Below, piece by piece: positions 49,446 through 59,785 of a stretch of 64,000 nt of DNA. Origin of the DNA: an uncultured bacterium (GTDB lineage Bacteria; Patescibacteriota; Saccharimonadia; UBA4664; SCTI01); NCBI GenBank assembly GCA_963721685.1, contig CAVRJJ010000001.1, positions 212,170 through 276,169 on the forward strand, given 5' to 3'. The notes below the pieces were generated by a model that searched no databases, had not been told where the DNA came from, and saw only the letters and a program-made list of their open reading frames with translations. The translations under genes and the position numbers were made by a program. How positions within the stretch are numbered: position 1 is the stretch's first letter; each line of letters starts with the position of its first letter.

Positions 49446-49549
49446 AAGCGTGTTATATAGCTTAGCTTAATGGGTTAATTATGCTTATGCTTAACAATAC
49501 ACATTGCTTCTATATTTTGCAAACGAACACGGTTAAGTGATACAGAGTA

Positions 49550-49636
49550 TGGTACCGCTGGTCGGGCTCGAACCGACACGCTATTGCTAGCACGGGATTT
49601 TGAGTCCCGCGTGTCTACCAATTCCACCACAGCGGC
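49550..49636 (-). tRNA. tRNA-Leu (anticodon CAA), type II with long variable arm
   Basis: The reverse complement GCCGCTG-TG-GTGGAATTGGTAGACAC-G-CGGGA-CTCAAAA-TCCCG-TGCTAGCAATAGCGTG-TCGGTTCGAGCCCGA-CCAGCGGT-A-CCA folds as a cloverleaf. It has a GTTCGAGC T-loop and an encoded CCA. Confidence 0.85.
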
Positions 49637-49726
49637 ATATCAGTTGCGGTTGGCTATCGAACCTAAAAAGATTATCATACTTACATACTGATTTAAATTA
49701 CAAAGACTTTATGAGCCAATCTGAAA

Positions 49727-50903
49727 TTGTTCGTTTTCCACAATCATCCACCCGCTAGTCGGGAAAACAACCCAGACGGGGTCAAAGAAGCGCGCCAGCG
49801 CATTGCGGGCTTAAGCAATCCCTACCTAGCCCACGCCGCGCCGTCCAAAGAAGATCTGGTGGGAGCCGTGCAACCGGTTAGCCCGGCAGCAGAGGCAAGC
49901 AATGAGAAACCAAGCCCCTCCACCCCTTTTACCCTTACTTCGTCAGAGCAGCCTTCCGAAACTTCTGAGGCCAGCACTGACGACGCGGTGATAACGCGAG
50001 AAAACGTACTCCCCGAACTTGCGCATTTATTACCGCCTGTCCATGGGGCGGTGACCCAACAGGCAGCTGCCCACCCTGTACAGCCTGCCGCTCCGGTTAT
50101 CCCGGCAAATCCGCTGGAACAGCTGGCAGCAGCCGCCCCTAAAACCACTGCCCGCGCCCGTCGTAAACGTCCTGATACTGCACCAAAAAGCCTTCCCAGT
50201 CGCTTTATGCCGTTAGTAGTTGGTGTTGTAACCTTTGTGCTGGTTCTGCTGGCAGCTAAAGCTCCTGTCTTGCTTAACCAGTTTGGCTACCTAACCCAAG
50301 ATAAGCCCGCCCCAATCGTTGCGCCAGCCCAAGCGGGTGCCGTTACCGTACCCCCTGAGCCGGTTATTAGTATTCCTAAAATAAACGTCAATGCACCGGT
50401 TATTTACACCGACAACAACGCCGAATCGGTAATCCAAAAGCACTTAGAAAACGGGGTGGTCCATTACGACAATACCGCCCTTCCCGGCACCAACGGTAAT
50501 AGCGTAATATTTCGGCCACTCTTCAAATGACTGGTGGGAGCCGGGAAACTACAAATTTGTGTTTGTTCTGTTGGATAAACTGGTGGCCGGGGATACCTTT
50601 ACGGTTAACTACAACTCTAAGCAATACGTGTATGAGGTTACCGGCAGTAAAGTGGTACCGCCCACCGATTTAAGCGTGCTCAATCAAACCGACGAGCCGA
50701 CAATGACCCTAATTACCTGCACGCCCCCAGGTACGAGTTGGCAACGACTGGTTGTTACCGCTAAGCAAATTGGTCCGCCCACCACCAGCGAAACGCCTGC
50801 CCCAAAACCCACCGAAAGTGTAACGCAAAGCGAAAAGTTGCCCGGTAATGCGCCGGGCATTGGCCAGCGCATTTCAGAGTGGTGGCGTAACTTAACCGAT
50901 TAG
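49727..50903 (+). pseudogene. sortase (class E-like, long Pro/Ala-rich N-terminal region plus TM) split by a +1 frameshift in a T-run at about 50510
   Basis: ORF1 ends ...ALPGTNGNSVIFRPLFK*. The next frame reads YFGHSSNDWW... (His motif), and ORF2 carries TLITCTPPGT (catalytic Cys). Deleting one T restores ...NSVIFGHSS.... Confidence 0.7.
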
Positions 50904-51028
50904 GAAGGATATCCCGTACTCCCGTAAGATGATTTTTCGTAAGTGGACAGCTCCAGTGGTGTTCGGCGAAGCCACAATAACCGATTTACTGTCTGCCGAC
51001 GGCGTGGCTGCCAATACGCTAACCTTGG

Positions 51029-52303
51029 TTAGCGTATGCAGGTAGTTCCCGTCGTACTCACCGAGCACTGTGGAGTTGCCTTGTTTAAACAGTAAGTGGT
51101 TGTTGCCAAACCACAGTTGAGTCCGGAAACGTTCGCGGCCGCGACCGCTGACGGGAAGCTGCGGGTGGTGTGCTCCTGGAGGTCATAGGTAGATATATGA
51201 GACTCATCATACTGCAGCAAGTAGCGCCCTTCTTTATTAAAAACCGCCAAGACGCCCGTGGCCGGCAGTTCAATGGGGTGGGGATTGTGATATACGTTGC
51301 GGTAAAGGGTGGTTTTACGGGTATCCTGCGCTACCACCGCCACTACGGGTGTGCGAATATAATTGGTAAAATCAATTGAATAGCTTTGGCTGGGAGGCAA
51401 GCCCGCGACTAGTTGCTTGGTTTCGTCGTTGGTATCCAGCGACCACAATGAAGGCTGTGGTGTGGTTTTTGTGACATATAGCACCCGGCTTCCGTCAAAC
51501 CCAAAGCCGGCAACCTTCGTTGCCAGCACCGGCGAAACGGTACTGTCACTTACATTCAAGCGACGCAAACTTTGCTCATTAAGCCAGTAAAGTTGGCGCC
51601 AATTAGTTGGGCTGAAGGTCAAATTTTCAGGGTTTACAGCAAACGCGGCGGTAATGGAAACGGGTGTTTCAGTTGCCGTGTTTGCCACTAGCAACAAGCC
51701 GGTGTCGCTTCCCTTTGTTCGGCGCACCAGCATATGCGAGCTATCATTTGACCAGCTAAGAACACTGAGCGTCTCAGGTGCCGCAACGTCAGGCGTCGTG
51801 GGCAAGGGGAGAATTCGGCTCTGTGAATCGTTTTCGGTATTAAGCGACCACAAGCCGGCCTGCTCGCCGGTCGGGACAACAAAGGCCACCCGGCTATTGT
51901 CGGGACTGGCGACCATCTGGCTTAGCGCGCTGTGGGTAGCAATAGATTCGGTTTTAAGCCGGTCGCGCAACAATAAGACATACTGGTGCATACTTACCAG
52001 CGAGGGCTTAACATGAATTTTTTTATGCCAGGTTCGATAACCGGTCCGCGACAGGGTAAGATCGTACCACCCCTCCTCAAAACTGTGGCGAAACGGTGTT
52101 GCGGTGCCAAGCACTTTCGTCCCTAGCGTAACCTCGGCACCGTTGGGGGTAGAGCTTAACAGAAGCAAGCCACGCTGAACCAGCTTGCCGGTGGTAAAAT
52201 TATAAGTGTAACCATTGCCGTAAGCTACCAGTAAAACAGTACCCCCGAGAACAATCACGGTGGCGAGAATATAGCTTATAATGCCAAGGAATTTTCGTGA
52301 CAT
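51029..52303 (-). CDS. PEGA-domain membrane protein with C-terminal beta-rich (propeller-like) region
   Basis: N-terminal TM helix, then TPNGAEVTLGTKVLGTATPFRHSFEEGWYDLTLSRTGYRTW, which fits a PEGA fold. Confidence 0.45.
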   Translation of the reverse strand: MSRKFLGIISYILATVIVLGGTVLLVAYGNGYTYNFTTGKLVQRGLLLLSSTPNGAEVTLGTKVLGTATPFRHSFEEGWYDLTLSRTGYRTWHKKIHVKPSLVSMHQYVLLLRDRLKTESIATHSALSQMVASPDNSRVAFVVPTGEQAGLWSLNTENDSQSRILPLPTTPDVAAPETLSVLSWSNDSSHMLVRRTKGSDTGLLLVANTATETPVSITAAFAVNPENLTFSPTNWRQLYWLNEQSLRRLNVSDSTVSPVLATKVAGFGFDGSRVLYVTKTTPQPSLWSLDTNDETKQLVAGLPPSQSYSIDFTNYIRTPVVAVVAQDTRKTTLYRNVYHNPHPIELPATGVLAVFNKEGRYLLQYDESHISTYDLQEHTTRSFPSAVAAANVSGLNCGLATTTYCLNKATPQCSVSTTGTTCIR

Positions 52304-52389
52304 ATCGCTCGTACTATAGTGTAAGACCGTGCATATTACCAGAGTACGAAATGTAGCTGTTAAGCTTTAAACCAGGTATAATCACTGGT

Positions 52390-53397
52390 ATGTTTGGAAA
52401 AAAATTAGCCGTCGATCTAGGTACTGCCAATGTACGCATCTATGAGCCAAAGCAAGGGGTCATTATTAATGAGCCTAGTGTGGTTGCCATTAGTACAACC
52501 GATAATTCGGTTATGGCAATCGGCCTTGAAGCCAAAGAGATGCTTGGCCGGACACCGGATACGATTGTCGCGTCACATCCGCTCAAGGACGGCGTTATCG
52601 CCGACTACCGCATCACCCAAGCAATGATTCATCATTACATTGGCAAGGCTCTAGGTGGGTTCAGACTTACCCGCCCCGACATAATGATAACGGTGCCGGC
52701 CGGAGCCACTTCTACCGAGCGCCGGGCAGTAATCGACGCGACATTGGCGGCAGGAGCGCGAGCTGCCTATATAATCCGTGAACCAGTCGCGGCCGCCTTA
52801 GGCGCTAACGTGCCCATTGCCTCGCCGGCGGGCAATATGGTAGTAAATATTGGCGCCGGTACCACCGAAATTGCCATTATGTCACTAGGAGGTGTGGTAG
52901 CCCAGCACTCAATTCGGGTAGGAGGAAATAAGCTTGACGCCGCTATCGCCGAAGGCATCCGCCGGTCCCACGGGCTGGCTATTGGAGCTCAAACGGCCGA
53001 AGAAATAAAAAAGGAGTTTGGCAGCGCTTTAATCATCAAGCAGGACAAGAAACGTGAAATCCGGGGTCGCGATGTGGTGGCGGGGCTACCGAAAACCATA
53101 ACGATTAATTCTCATGAAATTACCCATGCCATGGCTGATGAATTGGAGAAAATTGTGTTGGCAATCCGCGCTGTTTTAGAAAAAACCCCGCCGGAGCTTT
53201 CGAGCGACATCATTGACCGCGGCATGCTTATAACCGGTGGGGGAGCCTTACTGGGAAACTTGGATAAACTGCTAACCAATATCACCGGTGTCCCCTGTGT
53301 AGTAGCCGAAGAAGCCCAGCTGTGTGTGGTTAAAGGAGCCGGGATAGCGCTTGATAACCTGGATGAATATAAACGCAGCTTGGCGGGACTGAAGTAA
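52390..53397 (+). CDS. mreB: rod-shape-determining actin-like protein MreB
   Basis: Motifs LAVDLGTANV, VVNIGAGTTE and GGGALL. Confidence 0.9.
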   Translation: MFGKKLAVDLGTANVRIYEPKQGVIINEPSVVAISTTDNSVMAIGLEAKEMLGRTPDTIVASHPLKDGVIADYRITQAMIHHYIGKALGGFRLTRPDIMITVPAGATSTERRAVIDATLAAGARAAYIIREPVAAALGANVPIASPAGNMVVNIGAGTTEIAIMSLGGVVAQHSIRVGGNKLDAAIAEGIRRSHGLAIGAQTAEEIKKEFGSALIIKQDKKREIRGRDVVAGLPKTITINSHEITHAMADELEKIVLAIRAVLEKTPPELSSDIIDRGMLITGGGALLGNLDKLLTNITGVPCVVAEEAQLCVVKGAGIALDNLDEYKRSLAGLK

Positions 53398-53401
53398 ACC
53401 T

Positions 53402-54700
53402 ATGAACAAGGCAACCAGTCCTGACAACCTCGTTAAGTGGACGCAACGAGGCCTGTTGCTGCTAATTGCGCTCATGCCCTTCCACGCGTTTTTCAGTATC
53501 TCGCTCGGACATCTCTTTGGTTACCAGGAACTATGGCAAGGCTGGAAGGAAGCCCTGCTGGTTTGTTTACTGGGACTCAGCCTGGTAACTGCCTTTAAGG
53601 ACCCCTCAAGGTGGGAGCGTTTGCGCAATCCCATAACTTACAGCATGGTTGGCTTTGGTGTGGTGGCGCTGGTGGTTACGGCTTTTCATTTCAGTTCCCT
53701 CACCGTCGCTATCTTCGGAATAAAGACTGATTTAGAATTTTTGGTCGCTTTTTTTATTGCCCAGCTGGTTGCCGATAGCCGTTTTGTGGCGCGGGCAATC
53801 AAAACGATTGTCGTAAGCTCCGGGGCAATTATTGGGTTTGGACTTTCCCAGATATTTATCCTACCAAAAGACTGGTTGGCGCAGTTTGGCTACAACGCCA
53901 CCACCATCCAGCCGTATTTGCCGCTCGACCCAGCCGTTGACGCGGTACGTATTGTCGCTACCCTTGGCGGACCCAACCAGCTAGGTTCATTTTTAATCTT
54001 GCCCCTTTGTCTGGTGCTGTGGTTTTTCCTGCGGCGTCCGCGCATATGGCAGGCCCTCTACTTAATCGCCGGATTAGTGGTGCTTTGGCATACCTACTCC
54101 CGAGGTGCCCAAATCGCCCTGGCCGCCGCGTTTGGCATTGTACTACTGCTGCGCATGCGCCGGCTATGGCGCTTGCCGGCATTATTAGGCTTGGTGGCCG
54201 CAGCGGCGGTGGCCCTTAACCTCATAATCACCTATGCCGGGACGTACCCGAAATTACAGTATTATCTTTTCCACCAATCAACCCAAGATACCGGCATTGC
54301 TGCGTCTACCGAGCAGCATAGCACGGCTCTTCAAAAGGGAATTGAGCATGTCGCTAACCAGCCCGCGGGGCAAGGTCTTGGCAGTGCCGGTCCGGCTTCC
54401 TTCCATAGCGATACGCCGATTATTCCCGAAAGCTTTTATTTGCAACTGGGAATTGAAGCCGGACTTCTTGGGCTTATACTGTTTTGCATCGGCCAAGCCT
54501 TCTTGGGACTGCGGCTTTGGCAGCTAAGTTCGCAAAAGCCCAAGGGCAATGAAAAGTGGCTGTCCCCAGCAGCCGGAGCGGCGGTTGCAACACTAACCGG
54601 AATAGCTATTTTGAACCTGGTTTTACATGGCTGGACCGACAGCTCCACCGCCTTGATTTACTGGAGCTTCGCCGGCGCCGTGCTAGGAGCAAAAGCATGA
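53402..54700 (+). CDS. O-antigen-ligase-like (Wzy_C) polytopic membrane protein
   Basis: About 10 TM helices with HTYSRGAQIALAAAF in a large outer loop, typical of the WaaL/Wzy_C family. Confidence 0.5.
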   Translation: MNKATSPDNLVKWTQRGLLLLIALMPFHAFFSISLGHLFGYQELWQGWKEALLVCLLGLSLVTAFKDPSRWERLRNPITYSMVGFGVVALVVTAFHFSSLTVAIFGIKTDLEFLVAFFIAQLVADSRFVARAIKTIVVSSGAIIGFGLSQIFILPKDWLAQFGYNATTIQPYLPLDPAVDAVRIVATLGGPNQLGSFLILPLCLVLWFFLRRPRIWQALYLIAGLVVLWHTYSRGAQIALAAAFGIVLLLRMRRLWRLPALLGLVAAAAVALNLIITYAGTYPKLQYYLFHQSTQDTGIAASTEQHSTALQKGIEHVANQPAGQGLGSAGPASFHSDTPIIPESFYLQLGIEAGLLGLILFCIGQAFLGLRLWQLSSQKPKGNEKWLSPAAGAAVATLTGIAILNLVLHGWTDSSTALIYWSFAGAVLGAKA

Positions 54701-55837
54701 AGGTTGCCTTAGTCCACGACTGGCTCAATACCAAACAAGGGGGAGGGGAAAATGTCTTACTGGAAATGGCGGCGCTGTTTCCAGACGCCCCAATCTATAC
54801 TTTGCTCTATGACGCGGAAACATTTGACGGGAAGCTTGATCCTTCACGGATCCGGCCTTCCAACCTGCAGCGCTTACCGCGCTTCCTGCGAAAGCGCCCC
54901 CGCTACCTGCTGCCGTGGCTGGCTACCGCCATCGAGCAGTTTGATTTTAGCGAGTACGACGTGGTTATTTCTTCCTCCAGCGCCTTTGCCAAAGGCATAA
55001 TTACGAAGCCAGCAACACTGCATATTTGTTACTGCCACAGCCCAATGCGCTTTGTGTGGGATTACTGGCCGGCTTATATCCAGGAACAACGGGTTGGGCC
55101 GTTACGCCGGGCGGCCATCCATTTACTTACCTCCCGCCTGCGGCAATGGGATTACTACAGCGCGGCGCGGGTGGATTGCTGGATTGCCAACTCCCAGACC
55201 ACCGCCAAGCGCATCAACAAATACTACCGCGTTAACGTTGATGCGGTTATTTACCCCGGGGCCGATATCGGCGCTTTTAGCCCCACCGGCCACAAAGGAG
55301 CTTATTTTGTAACGCTCAGCAGCCTAACCCCCTATAAGAAAATTGATTTGGCAATTACCGCCTGCAATCAAATAAAGGCTGAATTAATAGTGATCGGCGA
55401 TGGGCCAGACCGAGAGCGGCTCAAGCAGATAGCCGGCCCGACCATCCGGTTTGCTGGCCGTGTTAGTAACGCCGAGCGGGCCAACCTGCTGAGCGGCGCT
55501 CAGGCTTTGCTTTTTCCTAATGAAGAGGACTTTCGGCATTGCACCAATTGAAGCCATGGCTAGCGGTACCGCGGTTATCGCTTACCGTAAAGGAGGGCTA
55601 ACCGAAACCGTTAAAGACGGGGTGACAGGATCCTTTTTTGACAACCAGCAAGTAGATGAGTTAATAGCGGCATTACAGGCGTTTAAGCCGCGGAACTTCA
55701 AGCAGGCCGACCTCACCCAACAGGCGCACAAGTTTAGCGACACGGCATTTCGTAAACACCTCAAAGAATACGTCGATACGGCTTACCGGAAGCATAAAAA
55801 TCAGCATCATGACCAATTCCTAGCCCGTCCATACTAG
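54697..55837 (+). pseudogene. glycosyltransferase family 4 split by a +1 frameshift in a T-run at about 55531
   Basis: ORF1 ends ...LLFPNEEDFRHCTN*. ORF2 begins ..FGIAPIEAMASGTAVIAYRKGGLTETVKDGVTG (GT4 C-terminal motif). Deleting one T gives EEDFGIAPIEAMA. Confidence 0.7.
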
Positions 55838-55839
55838 GA

Positions 55840-56692
55840 GTGAATGTTAATGCCCTGACGATGGATCAGGCCATAGAGCTCGATTATCCACCAGGCGGGC
55901 GCCAAAACAGTGTCGGCCCAATACGTGGTTAAGCCCTATGTTGAATTTTTTGACCGCGCGTATCATGATCCTGAAATTCGGGTGCTGTTAAACCATGCTT
56001 GGCTGCGGCTGCCCGACGGTGTTTCCGCCCAATGGGCCGCGGCCTATTTAGCCGGTCCGCCAAAACTTAGCCGGGCCCTGAAATTAGCCATTAACATTAT
56101 TACCAACCCGCAGGCCATAAATAACCCTTTGCCTGAAAAATTTGGGGGGGCGGTCTTTACCTGGCGACTTTTGGAAGCCTGTGCCAACCACCATCTAACG
56201 GTCTACCTTATCGGGTCACCGAAAAGCGGTACTATTAAGCAAACCGCTCAGTCTATTCGTAAACGTCTGCCCCAACTGGCAATTGTTGGCACGTGGCCAG
56301 GCCATTGGGGGGGCATGGAAGGCGGGCACTTACGCGCGCGTCTCCAAACCGCCCCGCTCGAAGCTAAGTTACTTGCCGACCTGCAAAAACAGCGGCCGCA
56401 TATTGTCTTGGTAGGTATGGGATTTCCTCTGCAAGAAGAGCTCATGGCTAAACTAGTGCCCCAATTATCTCAAGGGGTGTTGATTGGCGAAGGGGGAACC
56501 TTCGACTATGACAGCTTTGGCGGTAAACGGGCTAAAGCCCCCGCCTGGATCCAGCGCAGCGGCCTTGAATGGTTGTGGCGGCTGCTTTTCGAGCCCTCGC
56601 GCTGGAAACGGCAGCTGGCGATCCCGCGCTTTATGTGGACCGTTTACCGCAGCAGCCAAATGAAGCCCAAAACTTCTTCCACCTTGCAATAA
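55840..56692 (+). pseudogene. WecB/TagA/CpsF-family glycosyltransferase with an N-terminal frameshift at about 55881 (GTG start at 55840)
   Basis: Upstream frame VNVNALTMDQAIEL..., then IIHQAGAKTVSAQYVVKPYVE... in the +1 frame, continuing into ...LRLPDG...VGMGFPLQE...GEGGTFDY. Confidence 0.65.
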
Positions 56693-56728
56693 AGTACTGT
56701 ATGATAGGAAGCATAAGGGTTTTTAGAA

Positions 56729-57829
56729 ATGCAGTGTCCCAATTGCGGGAAATCCGGTTTCGTAGCTATCAATGGTAAGCGCTTTTGCAGTAACTGCGGT
56801 TCAACCGTAGCTGCCGCTTCGGCCACACCGACAATGTCTGAAATTGGCTCTGCCAATAAAACGCTTGATTTGCGCTCTGACCAGGCTATTCAAGATGCGG
56901 TAGCGGCCAAGCCTCTTCCGGCCGGGCAGCTTCATGGCCGGCAGGTAGCCGGCGCCGCTTTACGAGACATTCGTCCTAAGCCATCATCTCCTCCAACTGC
57001 CGCCGTGCCCGTCCCCGCTCTGCCGGTAGCCCCGCCTCCCATAGCTCCCGTACCGGCTGTTGCTGTTGCTCCCGCTACTCCACCGCCGCCAGCGCTGTCT
57101 CCGGCCCAAACCGCGACCACGCCAAGCCAACCGGTACCGGCCGTCCCAGCCCTGGACGCGTCACTACCGTCACCATCATCGATTCCAAGAAGCCCGTATA
57201 TCCAAAAACTGCCGCCGAATCCGGCGCTCAGCAGCCAATCTCAGCCAAATCCACTGCCCAACGCGGTAGCGGCAAATATCGAGGGCCTTTCCAGTATGAC
57301 GCCGGCACCAGCGCCCGTTCCGCCAGTTTCCAGCGAACTGCAGCAGGCGTTAAAAGCCGCTAAGCATTCAAGCGCCTTGCCCAATATCACTAAAGTAGCG
57401 GCCGCAATTGGCGCGATTGGTATTATGTCGGGACTGATTTGGCTTCAAAACGCCCCCAAGCTAGCCTTTAACAATGCCGCTGCTAAGGCTGGCATCAACG
57501 CCAGTTTGCCTACCTATATTCCGTCGAGCTACCGCCAAACCGGCCCAACCACTACCTCAAGTGGACGCATCAGTATAAATTTCGCCAGCACTACCAGCCA
57601 AACACCTTTAAGCATTGTTCAGCGCCGCACCAATTGGGACTCCAACTCGCTGCGCGAAAACTATGTAAGCCAGCAAACCAGTGATTTTTTGGCGGTACAA
57701 GGACAAGGCTTAGTTATTTACCTTGATGATGACCAAGCCAACTGGGTAAACCATGGCGTGTGGTACCAAATTGTCGGAACGTCCAAACTAGGCCGCGAAC
57801 AGGTTCTAAAGATCGCGTACGGACTATGA
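56729..57829 (+). CDS. zinc-ribbon / Pro-rich linker / single-TM protein with C-terminal extracytoplasmic domain
   Basis: N-terminus MQCPNCGKSG...CSNCGS is a C-x2-C...C-x2-C ribbon. A PAPV-rich region and a TM helix (AIGAIGIMSGLIWL) follow. Confidence 0.45.
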   Translation: MQCPNCGKSGFVAINGKRFCSNCGSTVAAASATPTMSEIGSANKTLDLRSDQAIQDAVAAKPLPAGQLHGRQVAGAALRDIRPKPSSPPTAAVPVPALPVAPPPIAPVPAVAVAPATPPPPALSPAQTATTPSQPVPAVPALDASLPSPSSIPRSPYIQKLPPNPALSSQSQPNPLPNAVAANIEGLSSMTPAPAPVPPVSSELQQALKAAKHSSALPNITKVAAAIGAIGIMSGLIWLQNAPKLAFNNAAAKAGINASLPTYIPSSYRQTGPTTTSSGRISINFASTTSQTPLSIVQRRTNWDSNSLRENYVSQQTSDFLAVQGQGLVIYLDDDQANWVNHGVWYQIVGTSKLGREQVLKIAYGL

Positions 57830-58167
57830 CCGATTCTGCCTGGGAACGGTTAATTGACACCATTGACGCTACCCTTGGCATAAGCCGCCATGGGCGCGAG
57901 CAACAACCATTGCCCGACCAGCCACAGCTAACGCAAAGCATTGAATTCTTTGAGTTTACTAAGCAAGGTGAAGATTTCCGCCTTGAACGTAGTTCCGGCC
58001 CTGCCATAGTTGACCGTAAGACTCACTACAGCCACCGGGAGGGAACTGCCAACCGTATCGAATACATTTACGATGAGAACGAAATATCCCACAAAGTAAC
58101 GCTCTATCGTCGGGAGAGCTCCGCCGATGAATGGGCGCCGGTGGATCTGGCAAAACTTGGCCTCTAG
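57826..58167 (+). CDS. hypothetical protein
   Basis: ATGA overlap with the upstream gene. No family recognised. Confidence 0.3.
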   Translation: MTDSAWERLIDTIDATLGISRHGREQQPLPDQPQLTQSIEFFEFTKQGEDFRLERSSGPAIVDRKTHYSHREGTANRIEYIYDENEISHKVTLYRRESSADEWAPVDLAKLGL

Positions 58168-58202
58168 TTGCAGTCAACTAGTGCTCCCGGTAAGCTTATC
58201 CT

Positions 58203-59585
58203 ATGACAACACCCGTACGCGTTCGTTTTGCGCCTAGCCCCACCGGCGCTCCCCACATTGGCAACATCCGTTCAGCTTGGTTCAATTATCTTTTTGCCAA
58301 GCATCATAAGGGTAGCTTTATCTTGCGGATTGAAGACACCGACCGCCAGCGCCTGATACCGGAATCAGTAAAGCAGATCCAAGATAGTTTGCAGTGGTTG
58401 GGTATGGACGCCGACGAAGGTCCTTCATATCAGTCGGAGCGCCTCGAAATCTATGCCAAGCAGGCAGAAATCCTTCTTAACCAAGGTGTCCTGTATGAGG
58501 ACTACACCGCGCCCGAACAGCTGGAGTCCTTACGCGCCACCGCCCGCGCCGCCAAGCAGCCGTTTCGCTTTACGCAGAAGCAAGCCACCCTGGAACCCGC
58601 TAATCCCAGCCAAAGGCCTGTCCTGCGCTTTAAGGTGGCGTCTGGTGACGATGTGGTGTGGGAGGATGCCGTGTGGGGCGAGCAACGCTGGCAGCGGGGT
58701 GTGTTGGAAGATTTCGTAGCCGTTAAAGCCGACGGCTATCCAACCTACCACTTTGCCAATGTGGTTGACGACCATCTTATGAATATCAGCCACGTCATCC
58801 GTGCGGCCGAGTGGATTCCCAGTACTGCCAAGCATTTGCTTTTGTATGAAGCCTTTGGTTGGGACCCCCCGGTGTTTGCGCACCTTCCGCAAGTGCTTGG
58901 CGCCGATAAGGCCAAGCTGAGTAAGCGGCACGGGGCAAAAGCGGTCTTGGAGTATCGTGATGACGGCTATTTGCCCGAAGCGCTCCAAACCTATTTGGCC
59001 AGCCTTGGCTTTAACGACGGCACAACCCAAGAAATTTATACCACTAAAGAACTCATTGAAAAGTTTAGCTTTGAGCGTGTGCATTCCAGCCCGGCCGTCT
59101 TTGATATGGAGCGCTTATCCTGGATAAACGGCGTATACATCCGTAACCTTAGCCTAGACGAACTATATGGCAGATGCCAAAAATTCTGGCCACAAGCGGC
59201 CCATTCCTCGGATGATGCCTACCGCAAACAAGTACTAAGCCTGGTACAGGAACGACTTAAATTCTTAAGCGAACTGCCCGCCTTAACCGGTTTTTTCTTC
59301 GAGGAGCCATCGGTAAATCCAAGTCTTTTCCCCAAGCAGCTTTCAGCTAGTGAGCGGACCAAGTTGCTTGCCAAAGTCATAGCAACGCTTAAGGAGAGTG
59401 ATTTTTCCGAAGAAGACCTGGAAAAGCGGCTGCGTCAGCTGGTATTAGAAAATGAACTGAAAACCGGCGTGGCATTTGGGGTAATCCGCGTGGCCATAAC
59501 CGGAGCGACCGCCGCGCCAGGATTATTTGAAACACTGCATACCCTCGGTAAAGACAATAGCTTGCGGCGGCTTGAGCATGCTTAA
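58203..59585 (+). CDS. gltX: glutamate--tRNA ligase
   Basis: HIGH-type motif PSPTGAPHIGN, KMSKS-type KLSKR, class I fold. Confidence 0.9.
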   Translation: MTTPVRVRFAPSPTGAPHIGNIRSAWFNYLFAKHHKGSFILRIEDTDRQRLIPESVKQIQDSLQWLGMDADEGPSYQSERLEIYAKQAEILLNQGVLYEDYTAPEQLESLRATARAAKQPFRFTQKQATLEPANPSQRPVLRFKVASGDDVVWEDAVWGEQRWQRGVLEDFVAVKADGYPTYHFANVVDDHLMNISHVIRAAEWIPSTAKHLLLYEAFGWDPPVFAHLPQVLGADKAKLSKRHGAKAVLEYRDDGYLPEALQTYLASLGFNDGTTQEIYTTKELIEKFSFERVHSSPAVFDMERLSWINGVYIRNLSLDELYGRCQKFWPQAAHSSDDAYRKQVLSLVQERLKFLSELPALTGFFFEEPSVNPSLFPKQLSASERTKLLAKVIATLKESDFSEEDLEKRLRQLVLENELKTGVAFGVIRVAITGATAAPGLFETLHTLGKDNSLRRLEHA

Positions 59586-59651
59586 TTGTTACACCCTTAA
59601 TTAGTAGCAATAATCCACCCCAAACAGTTTTATTTGGTTTAGTATCCCGAG

Positions 59652-59726
59652 GATACTATTTTCTGGTTAAATATATATTAAAATTGTCTCAAAATAGTAT
59701 CCTTCAGCCACTATTTGCGTAAAAAG
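59652..59726 (+). promoter_or_regulatory. conserved intergenic element, copy B, preceded by an extra AGTATCC-cga-GGATACT hairpin at 59641..59657
   Basis: See 27465..27545. Lies between gltX and the DUF3048-like gene. Confidence 0.4.
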
Positions 59727-59785
59727 AAGATTACTGGGTGCCGCGGACAAGGAGCGAGCAACCATAACCGGCATATGGTACCATT

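Noticed and set aside
49727-50903. Sortase substrates among the adjacent giant proteins
   Set aside because: None of the four surface proteins ends in an LPXTG or LAXTG motif followed by a hydrophobic tail. They carry N-terminal anchors instead, so the adjacency may be coincidental.
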